DNA of 64,000 bases from Amoebophrya sp. A120 (Eukaryota; Protista; Dinoflagellata). The stretch covers positions 5,620,828-5,684,827 of the forward strand of contig CAJINV010000004.1 in assembly GCA_905178155.1 (NCBI GenBank). Reading direction: 5' to 3'. The position numbers and the translations under genes are program-made. Below, piece after piece: positions 11,901-24,507 of the stretch. The notes under the pieces are model-generated. The model saw only the letters and a list, made by a program, of their open reading frames with translations. It did no database searches and had not been told where the DNA came from. Position 1 is the stretch's first letter, and every line of letters starts with the position of its first letter.

Positions 11901-14900
11901 CGCGACTGCCGTTCGCGCCTTTTTTGTCAACCCCTCCCTCCAACCGGTTTTTGTAGTGCGGGAACCACTGTGGGAAGCACTCGTTGCAACAAGAAAACGT
12001 GGCATCGCTGTTTGGTTTAGCGTGTTGGGACTTCAGCCCGTGGATGCAGGCGCGACGGCGGCCCGCGCAGAACACGCACATACCCTTATCCTGAGTAAAA
12101 ACGTCCCCACCCCAGACAGAGTTGTAATGCAGATTTGCAAAGACAGGAAGACTTGTAATGCGCATCCCCATGAGAGCCATTGCCAATCGTATTTTGGAAT
12201 TTGTGATGCTGCAAATAGGATGAGGAGCTGGCTTTATGATGCGGTTGTCCTTGCGAAACTGCACTACGATACAGAGCGGAACTTGTCATGCGTGACTCCC
12301 AAAACTTCCGGGTTTGTGTTGCAGATTTCCCATCTTGACTATGGGGTGGGGACATTTTTACTCACAATAACCCTCGGGGATCAAATTTTGCCGTTGCTGG
12401 TACCAGTTGGAGGAGAAGTTTTGTTTATTTTTCGATGTAGTAAGCTCTTGCTTTTTGTAAATTTCCAACTCTACGTCCGTCATGTCCACAAGAATGTCCT
12501 TCTCCGCCTGCGCCAAAAGCTCCGCGGACGAAACCTTCGACGTCTTCGCGATTTGCCGTTTGGTCTATGAAAGTGCACAACTCCCCCTCCCCCTCATTTG
12601 TAATGCAAAATCCCAAATCCAGCTGCTGCCTTCTAGCACTGTGCAAATTTGTCATGCAAAACCGACACTCTTACGGATGCTTGTATTTTTGCCGTTCATG
12701 CTATAGAAACGAGGGGGACGAGGGGATGTTGTGCACTCTCATATCGTCGTCAGAAAGTGTTTCAGCTTCTGGACCACGATTACTCGGTGTTTGTAGAGGA
12801 ACAGGGACAAAATCGCGAAGAGAAAGAGAAGGGAAAAAAGGACAATGTTCAGAATTACTTCCTCTTCTGTGCCGCTGTTGGAAGTAGAATTTCCATTTCC
12901 TCCGTGACCTGGTCGCGGAGCGCTAATCCCCAACGGGTCGTTCACGGCCTCATTCGCCGTTGCAAAAAGGTCCGCGGAACTGCCGTAAAAGGCAGTGAGG
13001 GAAACGGAGTACGAGAGTTGTTCCGCCGTTTGTGTCGTACTTCCTTCAACATCCTGCTGCACCGAAGTGCGCAGAATCCCCGAGTCCTCAATGCTCCTCG
13101 CCACGCGGTCCGCCTGCGCGCGCTGTAATTTGTACTTGCTCGACGAGGTTGTTGTTTTATCAGTTTGCGTCGGCAGGGAAAAGTCAACGGCGATCCGCAA
13201 ACTCCCGGCGGACAGCGTGACTGCGGTGATCCAGGAGAGGCTAGGTAAGGAGAATTCGTCGCGGACGATTTGCTTCACTTTCAATTTGAGTTTCTCCTCT
13301 TCCCGGAGCTTCGTGTAGTCGAATTGAGGAACGATGAGCCGTAAAGACGCGGTCTGCGACAGCGTGAACCAGGAGGCGTCGGCGTCGCTGCCCAGCTGGA
13401 TGTGGGCCACTGGGCTATTTTCGTAGTTCAGACTCCCGTCGACAACCGCGCGGACGCAAACGTCATACGCGGCGGTGCGGACGCCGGAAGGCGCGGGGGG
13501 TAGAAAGTCCAGGTGATAATGTACCATTTCTGTTGTAGTTGATGATCCTGCAGCCCCTGTTTGACGCACGTCCACATTCCGCTTGCGCGGTTGCGCTTCT
13601 TTGCTCGAGGATCGCTGTTGAAGAGTCTGCTGCTGGTGAAGATTATCGGGGTTCTCGCCAAAGAACGGCGCGAAGTTTATTGGCTGTGTTTGCCCACCAG
13701 TTGCACCTATAATTTCCCCTGAAGACATTGTAACCACGGGCTGCGTCCAGGCCCGCAACACCCTTGCGTCGTCCCCTCCTTGCAGTCGGTTGATCCGAAC
13801 TGCAGTTGGTGTCGTCACTGACGATGACGTCGTCGTGTTTGCCGCTAGTTGCTGTCCTCCTGCCGAGTTCGTATCCGAGTCGAAAACGAATTGCTCGGTA
13901 CTAGTAGCTCCTTGGGTACTAGGCGACGAAGATACAACACCAAGTACATCACTTTCCGCCCCCGCCAGCATGGCAGCGGATTTCTGTAGAATCGCAGAAG
14001 AAGAAGATGACGAAAGCTTGGTTGCCTGTTCAAACGCGGTGCAATTCACCAGCTCCCTGTAGTCCGCGTAGCGCCTCCCGACCGCGAACACGAAGGTCGG
14101 CTGGAAAGTTGCGGACGAGCTCAGATCCAGCGGAAACGAGAACTGCAACAACCGCCCGGATTGCGTCGGCGTGGTACTTACCAGTGCGATGGGCACCGGA
14201 AGTTTTCCTTGCCGGTTCAGCAGAAACAAACTCGGTTGCTGGGGGCTAAGCACAGGAGCATCACGATGATCTCCACTTAAAAATACTTCGGGATGCAGTT
14301 TCACGGCGGTAGTGAATTTTCTGCCGCTTTCCGACACGACAGGTTGCTTGCCCGGCGCCTGCCGCAGTTCCGACGCTGGGGGGTGAAGGAGTAACGCAAA
14401 CTGGACAAAGGGCCGCCACAGGTCGTGTGGGGGAGATGAAACTGCACTTGCAGAGGTAGTACTTGATGCAGCGGTCGCGTAGGACGGTTGCGTATCCAGA
14501 GAATTCAGTTCTGCGAGCGGGAACGAGTATCGAATTCGATAGGCTGCACCCGCAACGGAATTTATTTCGGTAGAGGAGCTGCTGCTGCTGCCCGACGTTG
14601 ATAGCCTCACTGGCTTCTTCAGAAGCGCTCCCGTGAGTTTCACCGCTGATAGGACCTCACGAACCACAGATTGATCTTGAGGTTCAGTTCCGTCATTGCT
14701 GCTTGTGGTTGAACCTGTAGTTCCGCTCGACCCGCGTCGATCTGCCGTCACAGCGAGAGTCACGTTGCCGGCCGGAATGCTGGCGGTGACGTCCAGTTTT
14801 ATTTCGACAGCGTCCGCAGAGATGGTACGAAGGCCGGACGACGGATCTACCAGTCCGGTGGTGGTGGTTGTGGGCGATGAGCCCACAGTTGCTCCAGTAA

Positions 14901-17900
14901 CAGTTGTTCCTACCGTTGCGTATCCCTCTAACCGCACTCCCACTTCCGTTTCCACAGAACCAGAAAGAGCACTCGGTTCCGACGAGGGCTCCGACGAGGA
15001 GCACACACTCAACGACTCGCGCAGGCCTTGTCCCAGAACCCAGGCACAGAAAATCCCCGCGTTCTCTGCAGATCCTTTTTCCCGCGCGACAGCAAAACTG
15101 CTTCTTGAGTCACTCGGGGCCGCGCAGACTTTCGGGAACGCACAGCCTTGGGCAGTGAGATCAACTGTTCTTGTCGACGTGGCGATAGGAATGATGTTTT
15201 GCGTGAAGGCGTCCGTAACGGTGACCACATCCCTCAACGAGGGCGCGGGCAGGGTTGTGTACGAAGCGTGAGTCCAGGAACTGGTATCTAGATCAATTCC
15301 GCTACTGGCGCCTTTCGCCATGTACAATTGCAAAGAACTAGCCGATGAGGATGTTGGTGCAGTGTGATCTGCATCTGCATCTCCGTGCAATCCGTAGTAG
15401 ATCTCGGGCGACCAGAGGAGGTAGTGTTCCTTACTAGTTCTCCCTTTATTACTATCCGCGACCCCGGCCTCGCCTAATCGCAGCAACCTCGGCGCGGGCG
15501 CCCGTTCCCGCATGAGCAGCACGTGGTCGGAGGCGAGCCTTGGCAAAGCCCACAGAAAGCCGGGTCGCCGCACGGTCGTGTAGAGGGTGAGGTTCAAATT
15601 GTGTTGCGGATGCAAGGCTTGCGTTGCAAACGTCAGTTGCCCGGCGTGCGGAGCGACGGATTGCCACATGCTCAAATCCACGGTGTTTGAGGCTGTACTC
15701 GACGTAGCTTCCGTTATTTCCGGCCTTGGGTTGTCCAGACACCGGTTCTTCGTGGTGACATCACTCGTGCTCGTCTCACCAGCACCGGCTTCTCCTGCGC
15801 TAAAAACCGTCTGAACCACCTTTCCCCCTACCAAGGAGAACGGCACCACATTGACGCAGTACTTGCGCTCCGCGGTGGGATGGGTCAACACGAATTTCAA
15901 ACCAGCTGCGTTAAAAGCTGCAGAAGTTGTCCCACTAGAACCGCTTTCTGCACCAGAGGACGCGAGCGCTAACGTTGGCACCAGCCGGTCGCCGACTTTC
16001 CTGGCCTGGGACACGAGTTGCGCCACGGCGTGAAAATCCGGATGGTTCGCCGGCGGGCGCCGCGACCCCGGTGACCGCCCGACCGCGGCGGGAGATAGGA
16101 GTTTGTCCCGGTGCCAAGCGTACAGGGCGACATCGTCATCCAGTTGGAGAGTCACTTTCCCGCGACTGGGGTCAAACGAGCACAGTGTGTCAAACCGCAA
16201 TTGCTTCTTGGTGGTCACCGAAGATCCCCCGGATGATGAAGTTGTAGAAGAAATTGATGCGACATTGCAGTCGTTGCGGACGGTCGCTAGGTTGTAATCT
16301 TTCCGCTGCTTCGGGAGTTGCAGTGCGTCAGTCGCGTACAAACTACTGAAGTTCTGGGAGTTCAAATCTTGCAACAATGCTAACCCGCTGCTCGGCGGGT
16401 CCGGAGGGTTCAACTGCAAAGCCGATTGCTTCCGAAGCGCGAACAGGAACGTCGGGGCGACGAGAGAATTTGTGTTGCTGTTCGATGTTGTAAGAAACTC
16501 GACGGTGTGCTTTTGATCACCGAGAACTCTGTAGCCCGGATCGTCCGGGTACCAGTGCGCGTGTGGGTGCGAGGTCGAAACTTGGCTCAACTGCTCCGTT
16601 GGGGAAAACACCAGACTCGGCAGCGGCGACTGGGTGCGGACCAAAACGACGTTGAAGGTCTGGACCGGGGACCACAGCTTGTGCGGCTCCTTGATCGTAC
16701 TTTGTACCGATACCCTGGTGGTCGCGCCCGGCCGGGCAAGGAGTGAGTCCGGCGCGAGCTGCAATTCGCCCCCCTGCGCGAAGTCGGCGACCAGGCCATT
16801 GTCCAGTTGCAACGGTGATGCAGAAGTTTGTTGGGAACTACTTTGCTGAGATGTTGAAGTTGTCTGGAGCTGCCCAGAGGAAAGGACGGTCGACAAGAGC
16901 TCTGTTCGGATAATCTTCGTCCGGATCTCGTATTGCGGAGATGTTGATGAGTCATCATCTGCGTTATTAACGTTCGCTGCTTGCCGGTTGCTCTTCACCT
17001 TGATCAGTAATTTCTGTGCGGAATTTTCGTTCAATATCGGAGATGGCGCCACCGCGGAATTTTTATCGGCCAGCACCGAGGGCGGAGCGAGCAGGAACGT
17101 GTAGCCCTGGTCGTTGCTGCTGAATCCCCGGCGAAACGGGAGCGTCGCTGCGCCGAATTCGAAGTTGACGCGCGCGGTGCTGGCGTGCTCTACGATAAAT
17201 TCACAGGACACGCGCCGGCTGTTTTCGTAGGACACGCGCGTGGACCAGGCCGTGACCGTGCGCAGCCCGGCTGTTGTCAAGGTGATAGTACCAGCGGTGG
17301 TGGTGGATGATGCTCCTGTAGAAGTAGTTGCCGAGGGGGCCCCTCCTGCGACGTGTTGGTAATCGAATATGCTGTTTTCGTTTTTGTCTAGGAGATACTT
17401 GATCTGCACGCCGGGGACTAACAACGGGTCGACGTTAGTTTCCAGGCGCACCGTCACGGAGTTCGCATACGCAAGAGCCCCTTGTGGTTGCTGCCCTTCA
17501 ACATTTTGTGCAGTTGTAAGTGTTGTAACACCACCAGCACCACCACCACCACCCGCATAATTGCTCGTTTGTCGAAATCCCTCTGGTGCCTCGCTCAGAA
17601 CCGAGGCGGGCGTCGCACCCCCGGTCGTCACGACAGCGCAAGAAACGTCCGGGAGATTTGCCTTGGTGGTAAACGACAGCTGTGTGACAGCGCTCTTCGC
17701 GTGCAGCTATAAAATGTAAAAGTGTCTGGGTCTGGAAGAGTCATCCTGTTTTTGCATGACACAGAAGGGCTGGCATGGAAGCTCTAGCACCACAGGTTTC
17801 GAAAAGCTTCCGCAATGCCGAATCCGCATGACAAGTCCCCCATTTCCGCGTGACAGAAAGCAGGCAGCTTTTGCTACCTATGCATGAGAGATTTTTCTGT

Positions 17901-20900
17901 GTTCTAAAATGCGCATCACAAGTTTGGATCCAGACATTTTTACAGTTGATAGCAGCGGATGGCACACAATGGCGCGAACCACCATGTTCTTGTGGGGCAG
18001 CACGGGCAGGCGAAGTGAGACGAAAGTGGCGTCGGAGGAGGTTGATGATGTACTGGTAGTACTTCCACCACTGGCACTTGATGTACTTGCTCCTGAAGAC
18101 TGCTCCGTAGAAAAAGTACTACCGGTAGAAGTCGAGCCTGCTCCCTGCTGCGCAGTAGCAGACTCGTCGCACTCCAGGACCTCTGCCGGGACGGAAGGGT
18201 TGTCGAGGCTTTCCGTGTAGTCACTGTACGCTACTGCGTAGCGGATGGACGCGAACGCCAAATCGGTCACCGCAGGGTCGATGTTGCTCGGAAACTCGAG
18301 ATATGAACTGCAAAAATGTCTGGGTCTGGAAGAATGCAAGTTTGTCATGCTTGTCTGGCATGACTCGAGAATCTGTGTTGCATAGGCGAGAAAAGGCCCT
18401 CTTGCCTGTCATGCAAAAACGCAGCTTGCCATGCGGAATACGTAAGACATGGCAGCCAAAAAAGTTGTCTTGCATAGCTGCGCATTGCAGTGCGTCTTCC
18501 ATTCACTTTTGGCATTACAAGTATCCAGACCCAGACATTTTTGCATTTGATACGAGACGCAGTTCGCTTTCCGGAGCAACAAACCGCTGCGCTGGACCGT
18601 TTTCTGTTTGGAATTTGGAATTGTGAATGAAGAAATTTTGGCGTGATGTCTTCATGTGGGCGCGATATAGAGAAGATAAGTAAGTACACGAACATACATG
18701 ATAAACCATATCGAAAATGGACATGAATTTACGAAGCTGTTCGCGACTCTACAAGTTAACATATACTCATGAAACACACCTTGAGCAGTCACAATCGTTG
18801 CCCTTGGGCGGTCCAACGCCTGTCGTTTTGTTTGGCACCGCCCCAACGAGTCTTGTCCTTGCGTGGCCGAGCATTTACAGGCGAACACGTTGTCCCGGGG
18901 GCGCTGGGAGACGCCGATGCTTGCCGTCGGGCACGGGGCGCAGACGTCTACGCTACTTGCCGTCGGCTGGTGGTGCAGGTAGACGACGCCCCTGGCTAGA
19001 GAGAGGTCCTGCAGCTGGGTCACCACCTGCCACGAACCCCCGGCCTTCTGCACCTCGACCGTGTGCAATTTGGTCGCGGTCCCTGCACCCTTCGTTACTC
19101 TAACAACCGCGACCTTTTGCGGCTGACTCTGGCTTGTGGTGGAAAACACCAGCCCTGATGCCGGGCTGCTCAGGTCGAGCGGATCCGATTGGAAGGTGGT
19201 GGTCACATCAACTAGACTTTCGTCGAAGATTTCGACGGAGGTAACGGTCCCGTCGCCCCGCAGGCGAATGGCGGTCACCTCCCAGACAGCGTATTCGCCC
19301 AGAACGCAATCGCACCGATTTAAGTTGGTGTTCGACGATGCTGCTGCTGTACTAGAAGCGGACGTTGCGGTCGTGGAGTACAACAAAACGCTGCGCGCCC
19401 TGCGGAATTGAACATTGTCTGTATCCGTTTGCGCGAGCGGGCACTGTTGTACGCACTTGTGCTGCAGCCACTCGTGCCCAGCGGCGCAGACAGTAGAATC
19501 GCCGGTACTAGTCCTCGCCGAGGCGGCAAGCAGGTTCGTCGTACCAAGGGCCAAAGTGTTGAGAAAGCAGGTGCCCAAGTCATAGTGCTCTTTCCCGGCG
19601 CTGGGTGCCGAGGAGGAGGAGGACGTTGATGCGCTAGTACTACCCGCACTCAAAAATCCTCTTGCGCTGCTCGTTGTCCCGCAGGACCGGTGCACGGCGG
19701 CCGGGGTGGTGAAATACCCCAGTGCGTCGGGAGGCAGGGCCCGCAGGTGGACCCGCAGTTGGTCCAGTTCGAAGTCCGCCAGAATGGGTAAATCCGGCTC
19801 GTAATAGGGAAACGGCATATTGTTCGTAGTTTGTTCCGGAGCTTCATTCCCGGCAGCGGCCTGCTCGTGCGCCGCAACCACGGACCCACCCAGGTGCAGA
19901 ACCTCTTTTCGCAGCTCTGTCGCCCACGAGGCGGGGCTCCAGGAAGACGCATCTTGCGGGAGGGTAGCCGTTTGATCTTCCAGGTTTGCGTGTGCGCTCA
20001 GCTGCTCGCCATTGACGTAGAAGGTCACGGAATAGGAGGCGGGTGCTGATGCACTCGTCGATGTGCCAGAGCCAGAGCCTGCTGCTCCTGTCGAGGAGTC
20101 GACATGATCATCCTGCTCTCGACGCACAACAACGGCCACGTGCGTCCACGTGAGAAGCGGCAGAGCAAAGGCTGCCGAGTGCAACCGGCGATCCGGAAAG
20201 GAACCTCTGTTCATCGTGAGTCCACGGTGGAAGAAGGAAAGCCGGACAGCAGTTGTAGTAGAGGACTGGTGCCCGGAAGATGAGGGGTCCCTGCTGACCG
20301 CGAGGAAAAAGTAGAAGAGCCGGCCCAGCAGCACCTGCGTCGGCTGGGCTTGCGCGAACCGCCCCTGGGGATCGTCGTACGGGGCATCGGGGAGCGGCTC
20401 GAGGAAGCGGACCCAGGCCTCCATCGTGAATCCAGTACTACCGAGACTAGCGGAAGACGGAAGCAGAGCGGCGGGCACGGCGGCGGGTACCGCGATGCGC
20501 TCCTCGCACCCGTAGGCAGTTCCGTTTTGCGCGGGGGAGGTAAAACTCGACAAAGGCAGATCAGGATAAAAGTTCGTCTGGTCTAGAGGCCAGGGTAAAG
20601 AAGTCGTGGTGCCGGGTGGACCAGAGCTGTCCTTGCTGTCCTCTTCCACCAACGCGGCCATTCTGGTCCAATCCTGGTCTCGAAAAGGACTCTTGCACGG
20701 CAGTTCCACAATTTCGCACGGACGGGAGTAGAAGCCGACCCGGGGGGCCACAAGCGTCGTTCCGTCGTTTGCCACGGCTGCGTGTGCGGACGAGACTGGG
20801 TGCGGCGCTGTGGAAACCCCCGGCGCGATGGGAGAAACGCCATCCGCGGCGCGCACAAACCAAATTCCGCCCGTCAGCGGCGCGTTCGTGTAAGCACAGT

Positions 20901-23900
20901 TGCCGCCGCCCATGCCGCAACCCAGGAAACAGTTCGGATCGAAGCCGTTGCAGCTGTACGGGGCGTAGCAGTGACCGGGCCCCGGGTCGTTCACCTCGGT
21001 GGCCTGCGGGACCAAGGTACTAGCTGCTGCACTTTGTCCTCCCGATCTTCGCCTTAATCGGCGGAACCGCCACGCTTTGTTTTCCCCAACCGCCGCGTAC
21101 GCTTCGGCCTGCGAAGACACCGCGCGCCCAACGACGGTTTGAAGTTGGTCAAAGCTGTGGTGCCCGTCGTCCGCGTCGAGGCTGGCAATTTGCGCCCCCG
21201 CGGCCCGGCCAAAGCTGTGGCACAGATCCACGCCGAGTGTGGCGGTTGCAACACTTCTATTCGGAAGCCGCAACTGCGTGGGGATCCGCGTCCGGTAGCA
21301 ATCCAGGGCCGTATGCAAGAGTGCCCCGGAAGACGCCTGCAGCCGCGCCCGATCACCTACTGTCGCACAACACCTTTCGTTCCCGCTGGACACTTGGTGG
21401 TTGTTTTGGATTGCTGGGTTCGCAGTACACGCAGCTGTTGGCCCGCCGAGTGCACACGCGCCGGACAGAAGGTAGGCGTTACTTGTTGAAGTTGCGGTAC
21501 TACTGGCGCTTTGACGTTGAAAATACCGGTTTAATTCGGATAAAACAGTTCGTAAAGGCGTTAAATCAGGAATGTCGTTCGCAGCAAACGAATTCTGCAG
21601 GGAAATTTCACTACTTTCCGTGTTCAGATCGCCAGCCGCGAGAATCTGGCAGTCGAACCGGTACAGGTACACCAAGTGCTGGAATAACGAAAGCAAAGTT
21701 ACCGCGGCGACGGTCAGCTCCACCAACTCCGCGATTTGCGTCACCTTCTTGGCCTTTTCCGCCGCAACCGACGCCCGCCACGCGTCCGCGTCTTGGTTCT
21801 CCGCCTTAAACAACACCGCGTCTAATTTCACTGCGTACGCCGATGTAATCCCCACCGTATCCTGCAGCTGGGCCTGGAGTTGCTGTACTTTTTGTGCGAA
21901 CGCACCTGCGTGGTCTAGGGAAGCGAAGATCCCGCATCTTGAAAGGGACACCTCTTTATTTATTCCCTGTGATGCAGCTTGAGCTTCTTCGTCGAAGAAA
22001 AAGATCATGTCAGCGAGAAAAGTCGTATGAAATGCAAAAGCATCGTACTAGTAGAAATCGCATTACAAATTTTCTCAGCATTACAAATGGAATTCGTAAT
22101 GCTGATTTGCCTTGAGAAAGAAATTTGTAATGCATAAATGCAATTACGACGGGCACGGGTACGATACTTTTGCACAGGATAAGTCGCGTCCACGACCGAT
22201 TTCAGCGCGGTGGCTAGCGAAGAAGATGTCGATTGGGAGGACGACGAACTCGAAGAGGACGAGGCTCCTGCGAAGGACGCGGTGTGCGCCTCCACGCGAT
22301 ATCAAAATGAAAAATCCCCCCTCCCCATATCAGAACGGAAATTTGTGATGCTGATTTGTGGCCACAAATCAGCTTTGTATTGCAGAGAGGCATGGCGGCC
22401 AGATCCCCAGGCTGGGTAGGTGCGTACGGGTCTAGTTGTTCAGCATGGCAAACGGCTCCCCTTTAGGCCCAACAGCATGACAAATCGCTTCCATAATGGG
22501 GCGGAAGCTTCTGCCCTTGTCTTCTTGCAAGACAGATGTGATCTGTGACCTCAAATCCGCAACACAAATTTTTGGAAACGTACCTTTTTAATTTGGGGAG
22601 AGGGGATTTTTCCTCTCAATACGCGAGACCGAAAGTTTTCTGCGAAAAACTTCCAGGTGTTTTGCAACGAGGACAACGTGCCATCCGGCCGACTCGTGTC
22701 CCGTAGCAGCAAGTGTCGCAGATTCGTCACCGTTTGCCGCAGGACCAGCACCGCGCGCGACCGCTTTTCCGTGCCGGCGTTTGTGTCGTACAAGGTTTTC
22801 TGCAAAGTCCCATACCCCTCGGTCACAAGCAGCTGCAGGCTGTTGCGATGGTCGGCGAGAAGCGCCGCGTGCTTCAGGATCTGTGCGGCCTTGTCATCTG
22901 CTTGTTGCAGTAACGCGCCACTGCTGGTGCGAGCGGAGAAGAGCGGAAGAGATGATGATGATGGCCCCTGATGTTGATCGGATGATGTAGTTGTAGAAGA
23001 CCTCCTGCCGCAGTCCGAGTCGCTGCCAAACGGCAGCGGATGGTCAGAAGAACTACTACTTGTCGCGCCAATAGAAGTACTACCACCTCCGGATGAAGTA
23101 CTTCTAGACGACACCAGCAAGCACCGGTCATTGACGTCGACGAAGCAATGGCGAGAAACGCTCCACTGCGCGCGCACCGTCTCGGCGCGTTTTAGCGGTT
23201 CTAGTTGCGGGGTCGCCGGGTAGAGAAATTTCTCGGCGCGCAGCGCTCGCTGGACGGACGGCGCTTCGAAGTCTCCGGTCGACTCGCGACAAAACTTGAG
23301 TTATGCACTGCAAAAATGTCTGGGTCTGGAAGGATGCAAGGTCTGTCATGCACATTTTGCATGACTCCTGACGTCTGTGATGCATGCCCTAGCATCACAG
23401 GTTTTATGAGGGCTTCCTGATGCCTAGACCGCATGAGAAATGCCCTCTCGCAGTGGCAACAACTGGGCCTCGTATGCAGCTGTTCATGCAATACAGATTT
23501 TTGTAGTTTCCAAATGCAGCATCACAAGTTGCATTCTTCCAGACCCAGACATATTTGCAATGCATATGAGTTCCTCTTGTGTGGACGACGAGTCTGGCTC
23601 CACCAGCGTTGTGCGAGATATTCGGAGAACGTTTTTTCCCTGCCCGCTGGGCGTCGTCGAGAGATGATGACCATTGCTCACGACCGTAGTGCCTGTACTA
23701 CCGTGGAGTGTTGTTGACGGCACTATGCGGAAAAACGCCAGAAACAGTTGCTCGGCCTCTTCGTACTGCTTCAGAAACTGCGCCAGCCCGGCGGGGGAAG
23801 CGTGTAGTACGGGTAATATTAAAAGCGCATGAACAACAAGAAGCGTCGGCAATGATTTTTTCACGAGTTTATTTCGATTTCCTTTTCCCCATGTAGAAGA

Positions 23901-23930
23901 AGTTCTTCTTGTGCGCCGAGGGCTAGACAT
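8968..23930 (-). CDS. Giant (~4,041 aa) type I membrane/surface protein: signal-like N-terminus, LamG/ConA-like domain, Cys-rich segments, SEA-like juxtamembrane module, one TM helix, acidic then basic cytoplasmic tail
   Basis: Eight introners plus one GT-AG intron (18604-18779) removed gives 12,126 nt = 4,042 codons ending in TAG at 8968-8970. Hydrophobic LPTLLVVHALLILPVLHA near the start. LamG-like motifs FTMEAWVRF..WTHVAVV..VTFYVNGE..LDQLRVHLRAL. VTLSAGSLRIAVDF. TM VILNIVLFSLLFLFAILSLFLY followed by KHR. The start codon is the least certain part. Confidence 0.82.
9073..9994. mobile_element. Introner family F (TIR core AAAAAAGTGTTACAGTTACACA) expanded by a satellite
   Basis: TSD cttct/tttct. 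Flanks collinear with 34764-34979. Confidence 0.9.
9251..9945. repeat. 128-bp tandem satellite, ~5.4 copies
   Basis: Units start at 9251, 9379, 9507, 9634, 9762 and 9890. Confidence 0.95.
12087..12369. mobile_element. Introner family B
   Basis: TSD accct/accct. Confidence 0.92.
12566..12743. mobile_element. Introner family E
   Basis: TSD tggtc/tcgtc. Confidence 0.92.
17708..17951. mobile_element. Introner family A
   Basis: TSD gcagc/gcagc. Confidence 0.92.
18302..18552. mobile_element. Introner family A
   Basis: TSD cgaga/cgaga. Confidence 0.93.
22026..22181. mobile_element. Introner family C (opposite orientation to 6460)
   Basis: TSD agtcg/agtcg. Confidence 0.92.
22300..22621. mobile_element. 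Introner family D
   Basis: TSD cgcga/cgcga. Confidence 0.92.
23302..23566. mobile_element. Introner family A
   Basis: TSD tgagt/tgagt. Confidence 0.93.
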
Positions 23931-24507
23931 TCTGCATTGGAATAAACTTCTACTTTGTGCCCACGTGGTCCTCTGTCCTCCAGTCACCAGCCCTTGCTGA
24001 AGATCTTCGTGGTCCTAACATGCTATATTCGTAATGACGGTCAAATTTCTTCTCGTCCTTGCGTAGGACGCAGGTTGCGCAGCTTTCACATTCATTTGAA
24101 TGGTGTCGTCATTGGAATGCTGTTTTCTTTTCCCTTTTGGTTTTGCTCGAGTTCTCTGTCTTTTGTTCAGTCGCAGTTTGTTCAACTTTGGCAAAGGAAA
24201 GCTGTCCGTGTTGCAGTAAATGATTTGATACGACACGATTCTGTGGCTGCTGCACGACAGAAATATAGTACCTTCCCAAAGAGCACGATTTTAGTATTTT
24301 TTTGCGGCCACCTCCGTGTAAGTACTTACACAGAAATTTCTCTTGCCCTCCGCAAGGTGAACAACGAACCCGGCGCGTGGTACAACGAACCTAAAAGAAA
24401 GTCCAGGAGCACACAGACTTGCTGCAGTACTTCTTTTCCTATCTGTAGTTTCTGCCTCTAATGCTGTTACAACAGCCACGATGGATAATGGAAAAGCACA
24501 AACATTA

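Noticed and set aside
12649-12662. Resemblance of TTGTCATGCAAA to the animal Sox-Oct composite site
   Set aside because: POU factors are animal-specific; treated as coincidence.
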